Shown: one piece after another, positions 8,967 through 18,807 of the stretch
How positions within the stretch are numbered: position 1 is the first letter of the stretch
Layout of the letters: each line of letters opens with the position of its first letter
Assembly: GCA_963667175.2 (NCBI GenBank)
Contig: CAXXXF010000006.1
Span: 256,001 to 320,000 of the forward strand
Length of the DNA: 64,000 nt
Origin: Candidatus Latescibacterota bacterium
GTDB taxonomy: Bacteria > Latescibacterota > UBA2968 > GCA-2709665
Direction: 5' to 3'
Position numbers and translations under genes: made by a program
Notes under the pieces: generated by a model
What the model was told of the DNA's origin: nothing
Seen by the model: only the letters and a program-made list of their open reading frames with translations
Database searches by the model: none

Positions 8967-10865
8967 TTACCCGGCGAGCACCCTGACGTCACCCTTCCTC
9001 ACAGTGACGCCCTTGCTGTCAAAATAGTTCAGCAGTGGAACGGCATATTTGCGCGTCGTGCCCACCAGATCACGAAACGCGGATACACTCAATTCCCGGT
9101 TCCGGTGAAGATATCCCAGGAGCCCCTGTTCGATCTCCTCCAGCGTGCGCGGAGGAAACATCAGATTCTCGTCGAGCCTTATGATCTCCCCCATCGATTG
9201 CATCGCTGCCGCCACCGCGTGAATTTCCGCGGCATCCCGTGTCAGACGTGCGCCGATCTCGGTCAGATCGGGTGGCGCCGCCCGCCCTGCCTGGAGAAGC
9301 TCCAGTATCTCCTGTCTGATCAGGCGCTGCTCCCCCGAAAAGCGGATCCGGTGATCGGCCATGCGCAGGAGGGGGCCCGCGGCGACCAACACCTTCCGAG
9401 AGAGCAAATGTTCGACGGCATGCTCGAATGACCATGCCGGAGGTATGGGCGCCACCCGCTGGCGAAGTTCGTTGCGTGAAGCTCCCGCTTTCAGGGGATT
9501 GGACCGGTGGTACCCGGACATCGCATCGCCTATAAGTTGCAGCAGCGAGTGCCAGGAGTCCGCATGCGCGTAGACGTCCTCTCCCGTGCGACGAAAGCCC
9601 AATGCTTCACCTTCCGCCAGCAAACCCCTCAGGCGTTCGTCTGTCTCGGAATGAGAGAGACCCAGCGCCGCCGCCAGGTCGCTTGCGGAAAAGGCCTGAA
9701 ATCCAGCCGATTTGAGCCGCAGGCTTAATACCCGTGTCGGATCCTCTACTTCGAGTTCGCGCAGTCTCTCCAGCGTGTCTTCTCGAAAACGGCGGTGCTT
9801 CAGAGGTTGCGTATCCAGCACCACCCCGCCCCCCAGCGTCTGAACGGGCGAGTAACGCCGGATCACGAATCGATCACCCCTGGCGCCCACGCCGCGGCCT
9901 TCCAGGCGGAACTGTACCAGCTGGGACTCGCCGGGTTCCAGTTCGTCTGCTTCCAGAAGAATCGCTCGCGCCAGCACGTCGCGAGGTCCGAGGTGAAGAT
10001 GCACACGCGCGCGGTTTTTCAGCGACACAGGCGCATCCTTCAGCAGCCGCAACCGTGCGTCGAGCATATACGTGGAACTGAAATAACCCTGCTGCGCCAG
10101 CAGGTCGCCCCGCGTCACCTGGTCCACTTCCAGGTCGGCCAGATTGACCGCCGCGCGATGGCCAACCCGGGCCGCTACCACGTCTCTGCCATGCACCTGC
10201 ACGCCCCGTACCCGTACGGGCCGGTCGGCCGGCTGAAGCATCACCAGGTCTTTCACCCGCACCTGGCCGGACAGTACGGTACCGGTCACGACCGTGCCGA
10301 ATCCCCGGACCGAGAAAACCCGGTCCACGGGCAATCGGAACACCCCGCCGTCCGGGCGTTCCCGGACCTTCCCGATTTCCTCCTCCAACAACGTCCGAAG
10401 CGTATCGATCCCCTCCCCGGTGACCGCGGACACCGGAACGACCGGTGCGCCGTCCAGGAACGTGCCATCGAACAGGTCGCGCAGGTCCTCCTCCACCAGT
10501 TCCGCCCAATCCGGCTCCACCAGATCCACCTTGTTGAGCGCCACGACACCCCGACGCACGCCCAGGAGATTCAGAATACCCAGATGTTCGCGTGTCTGGG
10601 GCATGGCCCCGTCGTCCGCCGCGACCACAAACAGTGCGAGATCCACCGTACATACGCCCGTCACCATATTCTTCACAAACCGTTCGTGCCCGGGCACGTC
10701 TATTATCGTAACATGGTCCTTCCAGTATGCAAATCCGATATCGATCGTCACCCCGCGGTCCTTCTCTTGCGGGAGCGTATCGGTATCGATGCCCGTAAGC
10801 GCCTTGATCAGCGCAGTCTTGCCATGGTCGATATGACCTGCCGTACCGATGATCACGTGTGACAC
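8967..10865 (-). CDS. selB: Selenocysteine-specific translation elongation factor
   Basis: GTAGHIDHGKT, RGVTIDIGF, DVPGHERFVKNM, NKVD, C-terminal winged-helix TRKYAVPLLNYFD. Confidence 0.97.
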   Translation of the reverse strand: MSHVIIGTAGHIDHGKTALIKALTGIDTDTLPQEKDRGVTIDIGFAYWKDHVTIIDVPGHERFVKNMVTGVCTVDLALFVVAADDGAMPQTREHLGILNLLGVRRGVVALNKVDLVEPDWAELVEEDLRDLFDGTFLDGAPVVPVSAVTGEGIDTLRTLLEEEIGKVRERPDGGVFRLPVDRVFSVRGFGTVVTGTVLSGQVRVKDLVMLQPADRPVRVRGVQVHGRDVVAARVGHRAAVNLADLEVDQVTRGDLLAQQGYFSSTYMLDARLRLLKDAPVSLKNRARVHLHLGPRDVLARAILLEADELEPGESQLVQFRLEGRGVGARGDRFVIRRYSPVQTLGGGVVLDTQPLKHRRFREDTLERLRELEVEDPTRVLSLRLKSAGFQAFSASDLAAALGLSHSETDERLRGLLAEGEALGFRRTGEDVYAHADSWHSLLQLIGDAMSGYHRSNPLKAGASRNELRQRVAPIPPAWSFEHAVEHLLSRKVLVAAGPLLRMADHRIRFSGEQRLIRQEILELLQAGRAAPPDLTEIGARLTRDAAEIHAVAAAMQSMGEIIRLDENLMFPPRTLEEIEQGLLGYLHRNRELSVSAFRDLVGTTRKYAVPLLNYFDSKGVTVRKGDVRVLAG

Positions 10866-12280
10866 GATACTGACTCCGCGCCATCCCCCACCGCACGGCG
10901 AAGCGAGGCCTCAACGTGGCGCAACTCATCTGCGGCCACCGTCCGCAAATCCAGAAACAGACGATCGTCCCGCACGTATCCGATAACCGGCGGGTCGTTC
11001 GCGCGCAGACGGGCCGCCAGGCCGGTTACGGAACCACCGATGCACGTGACGCGTAGCGCCGCGCTGGGGATTTCCTCCAGCGGCATGGCGCCGCTTCCGG
11101 TCTGAGCGACGGAATCCACCAGTTCAATTCGCAGCTCCGGCAGCTGACTCAGCCGGGACAGGCTTCGCCGGCCCCGACGCTTCAGCGCCGCCACAGGCGC
11201 GGTCAGCATCGCAAGCGTGGGATGCGCACGCGATAACTCCTTCGGGTTCAGGAAGAGCCTCAACGTTGCCGCCAGCGCGGCGTACGTCAATTTCCCGCAC
11301 CGCAACGCCCGCATGAGCGGGTTCCGGCGGATCTTCTCGATAGCGTCTCGCCTTCCCACCAGAATGCCCGCCTGGGGGCCGCCCAACACCTTGTCTGCAC
11401 TGAAGGTTACCACGTCGGCGCCAGCCGCGACGCTGTCCGATACCAGGGGCTCGTAAGGCAGGCCGAACGCTCCCATGTCGACCAGAGCCCCGCCGCCCAG
11501 GTCGTGGACCACGGCCACGCCGCTCCGCTTGCCCAGCGCAACCAGTTCCGCCAAAGAAACCGCGGCCGTAAAGCCCATTACCTTGTAATTGCTCGGGTGC
11601 ACCGCCAGCATCAGGCCGGCGCGACCGGTCAGGGCCGTCTCGAAGTCCCGCAGATGGGTCCGGTTTGTCGTGCCGACCTCGACCATCAGCGCGCCGCTGC
11701 GCGCCATGATTTCCGGGATGCGAAAGGACCCTCCGATTTCGATCAGTTCGCCACGCGAGACCAGCGCTTCTTTTCCCAGGCTCAGCGAATTCAGGGTCAA
11801 CAAGACGGCGGCCGCGTTGTTGTTGACCACGGCTGCCGCATCGGCGCCGGTCAGCGCGCACAACAGTTCCTCAACCAGCGCGGTTCGCGACCCGCGCCCG
11901 CCGCTTTCGAGGTCCACCTCGAGATTGCTGTACCCCGAGGCAACGCCGGCCACGGCCCGGGCCGCCGCATTCGACAGCGGCGCGCGTCCGAGATTCGTGT
12001 GCAGCACGATTCCCGTGGCGTTAACGACCCGCTTGAGACCGGGAACGGTAATGCGCGCAACACGCAGGCCGACCTGGCGAACCACCCGAGCCACGAGCGC
12101 TTCCCGTGGCTCACCGATCGCTTCGCCGCGACGCATGGCCTCCCGGACGGCGGCGATTCCCTCGCGCACGAAACCTGCGACCAGCGGCCGTTCGCAACGT
12201 TCGCAAAGTGCCCGTACGTCGGGCTCTTCCAGCACCGCGTCGACGGAGGGTATCAGTGAGAAGTCGGCCTGTTCCGCCAT
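10853..12280 (-). CDS. selA: L-seryl-tRNA(Sec) selenium transferase
   Basis: VNATGIVLHTNLGRAPL, VNNNAAA, SRGELIEIGGSFRIPE, EVGTTNRTH, FSADKVLGGPQAG; start set at MAEQAD. Confidence 0.97.
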   Translation of the reverse strand: MAEQADFSLIPSVDAVLEEPDVRALCERCERPLVAGFVREGIAAVREAMRRGEAIGEPREALVARVVRQVGLRVARITVPGLKRVVNATGIVLHTNLGRAPLSNAAARAVAGVASGYSNLEVDLESGGRGSRTALVEELLCALTGADAAAVVNNNAAAVLLTLNSLSLGKEALVSRGELIEIGGSFRIPEIMARSGALMVEVGTTNRTHLRDFETALTGRAGLMLAVHPSNYKVMGFTAAVSLAELVALGKRSGVAVVHDLGGGALVDMGAFGLPYEPLVSDSVAAGADVVTFSADKVLGGPQAGILVGRRDAIEKIRRNPLMRALRCGKLTYAALAATLRLFLNPKELSRAHPTLAMLTAPVAALKRRGRRSLSRLSQLPELRIELVDSVAQTGSGAMPLEEIPSAALRVTCIGGSVTGLAARLRANDPPVIGYVRDDRLFLDLRTVAADELRHVEASLRRAVGDGAESVSCHT

Positions 12281-12369
12281 GTTGCTCCCGACTATGGACG
12301 CGACTGACGATGCCCGTGGCGGGAAATCACGCGGGCTGAAACGTGTACGATACACCGGGCCGCCTGACG

Positions 12370-14592
12370 TCAGGGCACGATCCTGAACGAAATGTCCTTT
12401 GACGTCCGTTCATCCGCCAGCAGGTCCGTAACGGCCACTCTGACCAGCTGCCCGCCCTCCTGCGTTTCGGTAAGGTCCAGTTCGACGTAGGCCACTTCAT
12501 CCGGCAGGCTGCCGGCCTGGTCGTAAGCAATGACGACTTCCCGGTCCTTTTCGGACAGCCGGAAGACTCTGCCCAGTCCGTGCAGCACCCTTGCGGGGAG
12601 CGCCCGTTTCCGTTGCGACCGAAGCGTATATTCCACCCGATAACGCGTCTGACCGAAAGCATCCTGCTTCAAATTATAGATTTCGAAATATACGAACGCG
12701 TTCTGGTGGCTCCGAAATGCCAGGGACGACATCGGAACGACCTTAAGCCCGTTCTTCACGTAATCTCCCGATGGCTCGTCGGTCGGTTCCGTTGCGAAGG
12801 CCAGTTCGATATCGCTGATCAGCAGCCCGGACGGCCCGTGATAGTCCTCAAGTACGACTGCCTGCTGGTAAACCTGCGACTTGCCGGAAACGACGTCTCT
12901 TACCTGAAGCGCCATATGGTACGTCCCCGGAGGCAGATCCACCGGCATCACACCCGGTATGAAGGCGCCGTCCTCGACCTGCTGGTTCGTGGGCGCTTTG
13001 AAGGCCATCTGATCCACCTCCCGATGGACTTCGTTCCACAAGCTGTCGAAGACGGCCACGCCCCGGTCGAGCAGAATCAGATCGGTTCCTTCGTCCACGT
13101 TCAATCGAACCACCTCGGATGCGGGCAGCCCGTAATAGACCTCCAGCCGCGTCGTGGACTCCGGTCCCTTGAAATCCGCAGGATAGTAGTAGAAATCGAT
13201 GGGCAGATCGGCGAAATCGTTCGAATAGCGTGATGGTCGACTCGCCACGACGTTCTGCATGACCACCCCGCCCTGAAAACCGGCCAGATGGATACCGACG
13301 TGCGGCGCGACCCTTAGCGGAAAGGGCGCGAAGTCGTAACGCCTGCCTTTGAAGACTTCCGCGAAGGTAATCTCGATGCCGCCATCCACCTGCGTGTAAA
13401 TCCAGTATTCCCACCTGGCATTCGCGGCAACCGGAAAGATCGGCAGCCCCGGCGAAATAGGCAGCGCGATCCGGGACTGGTTCACGAAATTCACTCGTGT
13501 TTCCTGTACCTCCCGGTTCCGTTCGGCTTGAATATCGTCCCATCTGCTGACATGGTCCGGATCCCCCAGGCGGATGAAAACCTCGCCCCGTTTGTCCCAG
13601 CCGCCATCCGGCTTCGCAAAGTGTTCCAGCGCGTAGGCCACCCGGCGATAGTGTTCCAGCAGGCGCTCGTTTTCAGGGGTGAGGGGCGTGGGGTCGCGAC
13701 GGTTCCAGAACCGCGCGGCGAGCGCATCCCTTTCACCGGGCGCAGCCGCCTCGTATCGGGCGAGTTCCTCGTCGTCCGCCACAAGGGTTATGTCCTGATA
13801 TCTGCGCTGTTCGGCGTCCGGAAGAAACGAGAAATAGACCCCGAACAGTTCGTTCGCACGTTCGAAGTCACGATTCATCAAGGCAATGACGGCAAGATCG
13901 CGATTGGCCGGAACACGGGCGTCCCCAGCGGCCTTCAGAAGCCCCGCGAGGGTGTTGACCGCTTCCTCGCTATTGCCCAGCGAGAGCCACAACCTGGCCA
14001 GCCGGATACCTGCGCGGGGATGTGCCGGATTCGCCTTCATCTCCTGCTGGTAGGCGGAAATCGCCTCGTGTCGCTTGCCGTCGTCCTCAAGCAGCAGTCC
14101 GACCTGGAAATGCGCGTCCGGGTACTGGCCATCCATATCAATCACTCTCTCAAATGCTTCCCGTGCCCGGCGCTTCCGAGTTTCCAGGTAGACGCCCGCC
14201 AGGTGGTACTGCGCCTCGGCCATGTCCGGATCTGCTCTCAGGGCTCGCTTGAAATACGTCCCGGCGCGCCTGAATCCCTGTTTGGATGCCATATAGGCCA
14301 GTCCCAACCCGTTGTACCCGGCTGCCGTGGCGCCTTTTTTCACCGCCTTCCTGAATGCCTTTTTGGCCGCCTTCGGATTGCCGGCATCCAGATAGGCATT
14401 TCCGAGAAGGACATAATCCCGCGCCGTCTCCGCTCCCAGGTCGACCACACGCTCCAGCGCGGAAATGGCGCGTTCCGGCCGTCCCCGCGTAACCTCCTCT
14501 TCAGCTTCGGTCCGAAGCGAATCCACCGGCGGCGTTATTGCTGCCGATGACGACGCGAAATTCAGGACAAACAGGATGATGATCCATGCCAT
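12370..14592 (-). CDS. Secreted TPR plus GWxTD-domain protein
   Basis: Signal peptide, multiple TPRs, FWNRRDPTPLTPENERLLEHYRRVAYA...GWDKRGEVFIRLGDPD, C-terminal beta-sandwich. Confidence 0.82.
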   Translation of the reverse strand: MAWIIILFVLNFASSSAAITPPVDSLRTEAEEEVTRGRPERAISALERVVDLGAETARDYVLLGNAYLDAGNPKAAKKAFRKAVKKGATAAGYNGLGLAYMASKQGFRRAGTYFKRALRADPDMAEAQYHLAGVYLETRKRRAREAFERVIDMDGQYPDAHFQVGLLLEDDGKRHEAISAYQQEMKANPAHPRAGIRLARLWLSLGNSEEAVNTLAGLLKAAGDARVPANRDLAVIALMNRDFERANELFGVYFSFLPDAEQRRYQDITLVADDEELARYEAAAPGERDALAARFWNRRDPTPLTPENERLLEHYRRVAYALEHFAKPDGGWDKRGEVFIRLGDPDHVSRWDDIQAERNREVQETRVNFVNQSRIALPISPGLPIFPVAANARWEYWIYTQVDGGIEITFAEVFKGRRYDFAPFPLRVAPHVGIHLAGFQGGVVMQNVVASRPSRYSNDFADLPIDFYYYPADFKGPESTTRLEVYYGLPASEVVRLNVDEGTDLILLDRGVAVFDSLWNEVHREVDQMAFKAPTNQQVEDGAFIPGVMPVDLPPGTYHMALQVRDVVSGKSQVYQQAVVLEDYHGPSGLLISDIELAFATEPTDEPSGDYVKNGLKVVPMSSLAFRSHQNAFVYFEIYNLKQDAFGQTRYRVEYTLRSQRKRALPARVLHGLGRVFRLSEKDREVVIAYDQAGSLPDEVAYVELDLTETQEGGQLVRVAVTDLLADERTSKDISFRIVP

Positions 14593-14734
14593 GGTCGATC
14601 TTTCCGGGAAGGGTCGTACTGCCGGGTCACTCAGAAAATCTATCGAATATATCCCCCGCGCGCAAAGGATTTCTATTCTTGCCGCACGGGCCTGGAGCCT
14701 GTTCCCGGAGACCGGTAATCGGGACGCTTCGGCA

Positions 14735-14763
14735 TTGACAACGCACAGGGGCAGGATTATCTT
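14735..14763 (+). promoter_or_regulatory. Sigma70-type promoter for galU-like gene
   Basis: TTGACA-17 nt-TATCTT. Confidence 0.6.
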
Positions 14764-14794
14764 TCACGCGGGTCATACCTGAGAAGGATCCTTT

Positions 14795-15721
14795 ATGTCC
14801 ATCCGAAAAGTCGTCATCCCGGTTGCCGGTCTCGGCACCCGTCTATTGCCAACGACAAGAGCCCTGCCGAAAGAGATGCTGCCCGTTGGCAAATACCCCG
14901 CCATACAGCACGTCGTCGAGGAGATGGCGGCCGCCAATCTGACGAAGTGTCTCTTCGTGACCTCTCATAGCAAGACGATGATCGAAAACCAGTTCGACAA
15001 CAACATCGATATCTTCTCGCAGGCGGAACAGAACCACAATTCGATCGACCCGACGCACTTCGACTACAGCCGGCGAGGCATCGAGTTCTTCTATACGCGG
15101 CAACAGGCGCTGCCCCCCACGTTCAGACCTCGCGGCACCGGCGCTGCGATACTCGCCGCCGAGAGTTTCGTTGAAAAAGAGCATTTCGCGGTTGCCTACG
15201 GCGATACGATTATCAATACCAGGCACACGCCGAATTTTCTGGCGCGAATGATTGAATCTCATCTCAGACACGGTTCCGCGTGTACCGTGGGCGTCCGTCC
15301 CGTCTCGTCCGATATGGTAGGACGTTACGGTATTGTCAAGCCCGACCCGGCAGGCGACCCGAACGCCGACGGCTTTTCCATCCGGGACCTCGTGGAAAAA
15401 CCCGGCGCGGACGAAGCGCCAAGCCTTATGGCCGTGAGCGCCCGGTATGTCTTCAGTCCCGAAATTTTCGACGAAATCCGCGGGCTTACGGAGGTCTCCG
15501 GCGGCGAACTCGGTGTTACGGACGCCATTCGCAGCCTGATCAGGCGGGGCAGGTCGGTCCGATGCGTACGTCTGTTGCCGGATGAAACGAGGTACGACAT
15601 CGGAAGCCACGAGAGTTATTACCGGGCGTTTATCGACTTTGCCCTTCAGGATCCCAAATGTGGAGACCGAATTCGGGAATACCTCGAAGCCTGCGTAAAA
15701 CGCGCGGGAAAAAGCGCCTGA
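14795..15721 (+). CDS. galU: UTP--glucose-1-phosphate uridylyltransferase family nucleotidyltransferase
   Basis: VIPVAGLGTRLLPTTRALPKEMLP, RYGIV, LVEKP, GELGVTDAI, RYDIG. Confidence 0.8.
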   Translation: MSIRKVVIPVAGLGTRLLPTTRALPKEMLPVGKYPAIQHVVEEMAAANLTKCLFVTSHSKTMIENQFDNNIDIFSQAEQNHNSIDPTHFDYSRRGIEFFYTRQQALPPTFRPRGTGAAILAAESFVEKEHFAVAYGDTIINTRHTPNFLARMIESHLRHGSACTVGVRPVSSDMVGRYGIVKPDPAGDPNADGFSIRDLVEKPGADEAPSLMAVSARYVFSPEIFDEIRGLTEVSGGELGVTDAIRSLIRRGRSVRCVRLLPDETRYDIGSHESYYRAFIDFALQDPKCGDRIREYLEACVKRAGKSA

Positions 15722-15754
15722 TCCGGCGGCAGACGTGCAGGCTTTCGCACTGCC

Positions 15755-15798
15755 AAAAAAGAGAAGCCCTTCGGAATTCAGAAATCCGAAGGGCTTTG
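15755..15798. terminator. Bidirectional intrinsic terminator between convergent genes
   Basis: aaaaaagag-aagcccttcgga-loop-tccgaagggctt-tg. Confidence 0.75.
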
Positions 15799-15874
15799 CC
15801 ATACCCAATAATGGACATTAACGACGTCCGGAATGGGTTCAAGTCTCCGCCGGGGGCCCGGGCTGCCGACCCCG

Positions 15875-16000
15875 TAACAGTCCGTTGAAAAAGACGCTCC
15901 GCAGGCGAGGCCGAGTCATTGTGGCCGAAGACAAGGCGCGCCTGTCTGCGTGCGAACGCACAGGCAGGCAGCCCGGATGGACTTTATCATCGGGCTGCTA
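15875..16000. mobile_element. MITE-like element with imperfect terminal inverted repeats
   Basis: Left taacagtccgttgaaaaagac versus right reverse complement tagcagcccgatgataaagtc (16/21 match), TA at both ends, no coding capacity. Confidence 0.55.
15941..15968. repeat. 28-bp palindromic mini-element, copy 1, nested in the MITE
   Basis: cctgtctgcgtgcgaacgcacaggcagg; related copies at 52763-52789 and 55913-55940. Confidence 0.75.
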
Positions 16001-16059
16001 AGGACGGCGAGGGTTCCGACTTTTCTTCCTGCACGTCCTCTTCTCCCCGCAATGCCCGT

Positions 16060-16515
16060 TCAACGGCTTTCATCATCGTCGCTCACCAGTTTCTCGCCGT
16101 CGAATATCAACTTGCCCTTTTCGTAGATGCAACCGGTCTCCTCCACCAGTTCGTATTTCATCAACTGCCCATGCGACATGTGGTTGAAGACCTCTTTCGG
16201 GTCTTTGTATTTTTCAATCAGTTTTTCGATTGGACCCTCGAACTGGATGGCTCTGCGAACGGGCCGTTCCTTTTCGCGACGCTCCCGCTCCTCCCTGGTG
16301 AGGATAGGCAACCGCTCGGCCGCGGGGCCCAGACGGCTGGTATACTCCTGCCGCTGGCGAAACCGGTCGTGCCGCTTCTCGAGTTCCGACTTGTCCCCCA
16401 CGCTGTCGTAATACTCCGACACCTCCTCAGCCTTCTCCCTGAACCGCTTCTGTTCCTGATCTTTCAACTCGTCGTTTCCCATTTTCCGCATAATGTCCTT
16501 AACCGACTTGCTCAT
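16060..16515 (-). CDS. Hypothetical highly charged protein
   Basis: 151-aa ORF, GGAGG RBS, upstream TTGACA-17-TATGTT promoter on the minus strand near 16606-16634. Confidence 0.75.
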   Translation of the reverse strand: MSKSVKDIMRKMGNDELKDQEQKRFREKAEEVSEYYDSVGDKSELEKRHDRFRQRQEYTSRLGPAAERLPILTREERERREKERPVRRAIQFEGPIEKLIEKYKDPKEVFNHMSHGQLMKYELVEETGCIYEKGKLIFDGEKLVSDDDESR

Positions 16516-16812
16516 TCAAACGCCTCCAGATCGTTGGGATGCCCGATCCCGCAAACGCGTTAGTTGCGGCGCGACAGGTCGTTGCGATGCAAATCCACGA
16601 CAAAAAACATACATCGCGACCCGGCTTTTGTCAACGGCAAAATTGGCGATGCGACCCGCCCGCAATCCCGAAAAAAGTTGACTCCAGCCTGCTCACGGCG
16701 TAGTTTGTGGTTGCGAGCCGACCCGCCCCGACGCCGCGGGCCGATTCACCGGGATTCGCGAACCCCGGCGTCCCGAGCGCCGGGTTGCCTCCGCCTTCTC
16801 AAGGACTCCGTG

Positions 16813-17619
16813 ATGTCCGCAATCGATCGCCTCGTCAATATTATGGCCCGGTTACGCGGACCGGACGGATGCCCCTGGGACCGCGAGCAGACGCACCAGA
16901 GCCTCAAACCCTATCTGATTGAAGAGACCTACGAAGCCCTGGACGCCATCGACAGGGAAGACGACGATGGCCTGCGGGACGAACTTGGCGATGTACTCCT
17001 TCAGATCGTCTTTCATGCGCAACTTGCCCGAGAGGAAGCCAGGTTCACGCTCGAAGACGTCGCAGCGGCCACGTCCGAAAAGCTCATACGCAGGCATCCG
17101 CATGTATTCGGGAGCACGACCGCGAACACCCCCGGACAGGTGGTTGAAAACTGGGAGGCCATCAAATCGCGGGAAAAGCGGGAAAAGGGCCGGAGTCCGT
17201 CCATACTTGAAGGCATACCCCGGCAACTTCCCGCGCTGTTCAGGGCAAGGCGGGTTCAGGAGCGGGCAGCCCGTTCCGGCTTCGACTGGACAGATACGGA
17301 CGAGGTCGTAGACAAAGTGCGCGAGGAAGTGGACGAGTTCCTTGAAGCGTGGCGGGACGCAGACAACAAGGGCGTGGAAGAAGAACTTGGAGACCTCCTG
17401 TTCTCTCTGGTCAACCTCGCCAGATTTCTGAAGGTCTGCCCTGAAGAAGCGCTTCGGAAGACGGTCGGGAAATTCGAGCACCGTTTCCGTTATATAGAAC
17501 AGGAACTTGGACGGCGGGGCAAGAATCCGCAGAACGCCAGTCTGGAAGAAATGGACCGGCTTTGGGAGGCATCCAAGAAGACGGCGTCGGACAAAACCAC
17601 GGCCAATCCGGAATCATGA
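16813..17619 (+). CDS. mazG: Nucleoside triphosphate pyrophosphohydrolase MazG
   Basis: LRGPDGCPWDREQT, EETYE, ELGDVLLQIVFH, KLIRRHPHVFG, second EELGDLLF domain; TTGACT-17-TAGTTT promoter at 16678. Confidence 0.95.
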   Translation: MSAIDRLVNIMARLRGPDGCPWDREQTHQSLKPYLIEETYEALDAIDREDDDGLRDELGDVLLQIVFHAQLAREEARFTLEDVAAATSEKLIRRHPHVFGSTTANTPGQVVENWEAIKSREKREKGRSPSILEGIPRQLPALFRARRVQERAARSGFDWTDTDEVVDKVREEVDEFLEAWRDADNKGVEEELGDLLFSLVNLARFLKVCPEEALRKTVGKFEHRFRYIEQELGRRGKNPQNASLEEMDRLWEASKKTASDKTTANPES

Positions 17620-17645
17620 CCCGTCCTTCCGGATTTCGACCGATC

Positions 17646-18590
17646 TCAACCCCCCGCCACGCGTTCATACACCTGCACCGCAGCCATCAGATCCTGAATC
17701 GCCATTCCCGTGAAATAGGCAATGGCGCCCCGGCCGCGCCGGTCTTCCAGGCGGCCCAGCGCCGCGTCTCCAATGGTGAGTACGCGCCCCTCACAGTTCG
17801 CGGCCAACCGGTCCTCGCCCAAACCGGCCAGCAGGAAATCTCCCGACTTCAGAACCTGATCGGGATGGTCTGCAACCACCTCCCGGCTGCGCAACAGCCC
17901 GGCCTCCAGCTGAGCCGTCCTCGGGTCGCCCGCGATGACGGACAGATGCGCCTCGTCTGCCACGTCCCGCCGTCCCAGGATCGGACGGGGCGTGGGAACC
18001 GCCGTCAGCACGGCATCGACCCCTTCCAGGCAGTCGTCAATGGCGTTCGTACTCCGTATACGGGCGTTCACCTTTGGTTGCACGTACCCGGCGAACGCCT
18101 CGACGTTGGCGGGACTTCTGCTGGTCGCCCTGATCTCCCGGGGCGCAAGGGCGGCGTCGGCACAAAGGGCAAGCGCCCGGGCAATGCGTCCGGTGCCCAC
18201 AATCGCCAGCACGTCCGCGCTGGCGGCAAGATAGCGGACGCCCAGCGCGCCCGCCGCGCCCGTCCGCATATTGGTCAGGTATTCCGCATCCAGTACAGCG
18301 CCCCGGCTCGTCGCAACCTCTTCCAGTTCGATCACGGCGGTGCGCGCCGCAAGCCGTCCGGTAGAGACGTCCGACCGTTCTACGATCACCTTCCTGGCTC
18401 GGTACCGCCCCGGCCATTCCGCGGGCATCTCCAGGCGAAAGAGATCCGCGCGTTCCGACCTTCGCACGTCTTCCCGTCGCGGCGGATTCAGCGCCTCTCC
18501 CGACCCATAGAGGCGAAACGCCCGGTCACAGCTTTCCACAACCTCCTCGGCAGACAGAATACCCGCTATTTCGGCATCTGAAATCTTCAA
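17646..18590 (-). CDS. Ornithine cyclodeaminase / mu-crystallin family protein
   Basis: LDAEYLTNMRTGAAGALG, GTGRIA, FTGMAIQDL; TTG start with GGAAGG RBS (ATG at 18617 is an alternative). Confidence 0.82.
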   Translation of the reverse strand: MKISDAEIAGILSAEEVVESCDRAFRLYGSGEALNPPRREDVRRSERADLFRLEMPAEWPGRYRARKVIVERSDVSTGRLAARTAVIELEEVATSRGAVLDAEYLTNMRTGAAGALGVRYLAASADVLAIVGTGRIARALALCADAALAPREIRATSRSPANVEAFAGYVQPKVNARIRSTNAIDDCLEGVDAVLTAVPTPRPILGRRDVADEAHLSVIAGDPRTAQLEAGLLRSREVVADHPDQVLKSGDFLLAGLGEDRLAANCEGRVLTIGDAALGRLEDRRGRGAIAYFTGMAIQDLMAAVQVYERVAGG

Positions 18591-18756
18591 TTTTCCTTCC
18601 AGGGGTACGCCCTCCATTGTGTGCGCGCGGATAGAGTAACCGTGCCTGCGAACGGACGCGACAGGCGCCCGGTTGTGAAGAGAAAAGCCGCCCGGCGCCG
18701 TGAGATACCGATCCGCTACGGGCGTGGAAATTCGACTTGACGGGCGCTGACTCAAG

Positions 18757-18768
18757 TTCAATATTGAA
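18757..18768. promoter_or_regulatory. Palindromic operator overlapping a putative -10 element
   Basis: Perfect palindrome TTCAATATTGAA; TTGACG-17-AATATT promoter candidate. Confidence 0.4.
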
Positions 18769-18807
18769 GGTCCTTTTCAATCCCAACGCCCGAAAACGAG
18801 GCATCTC

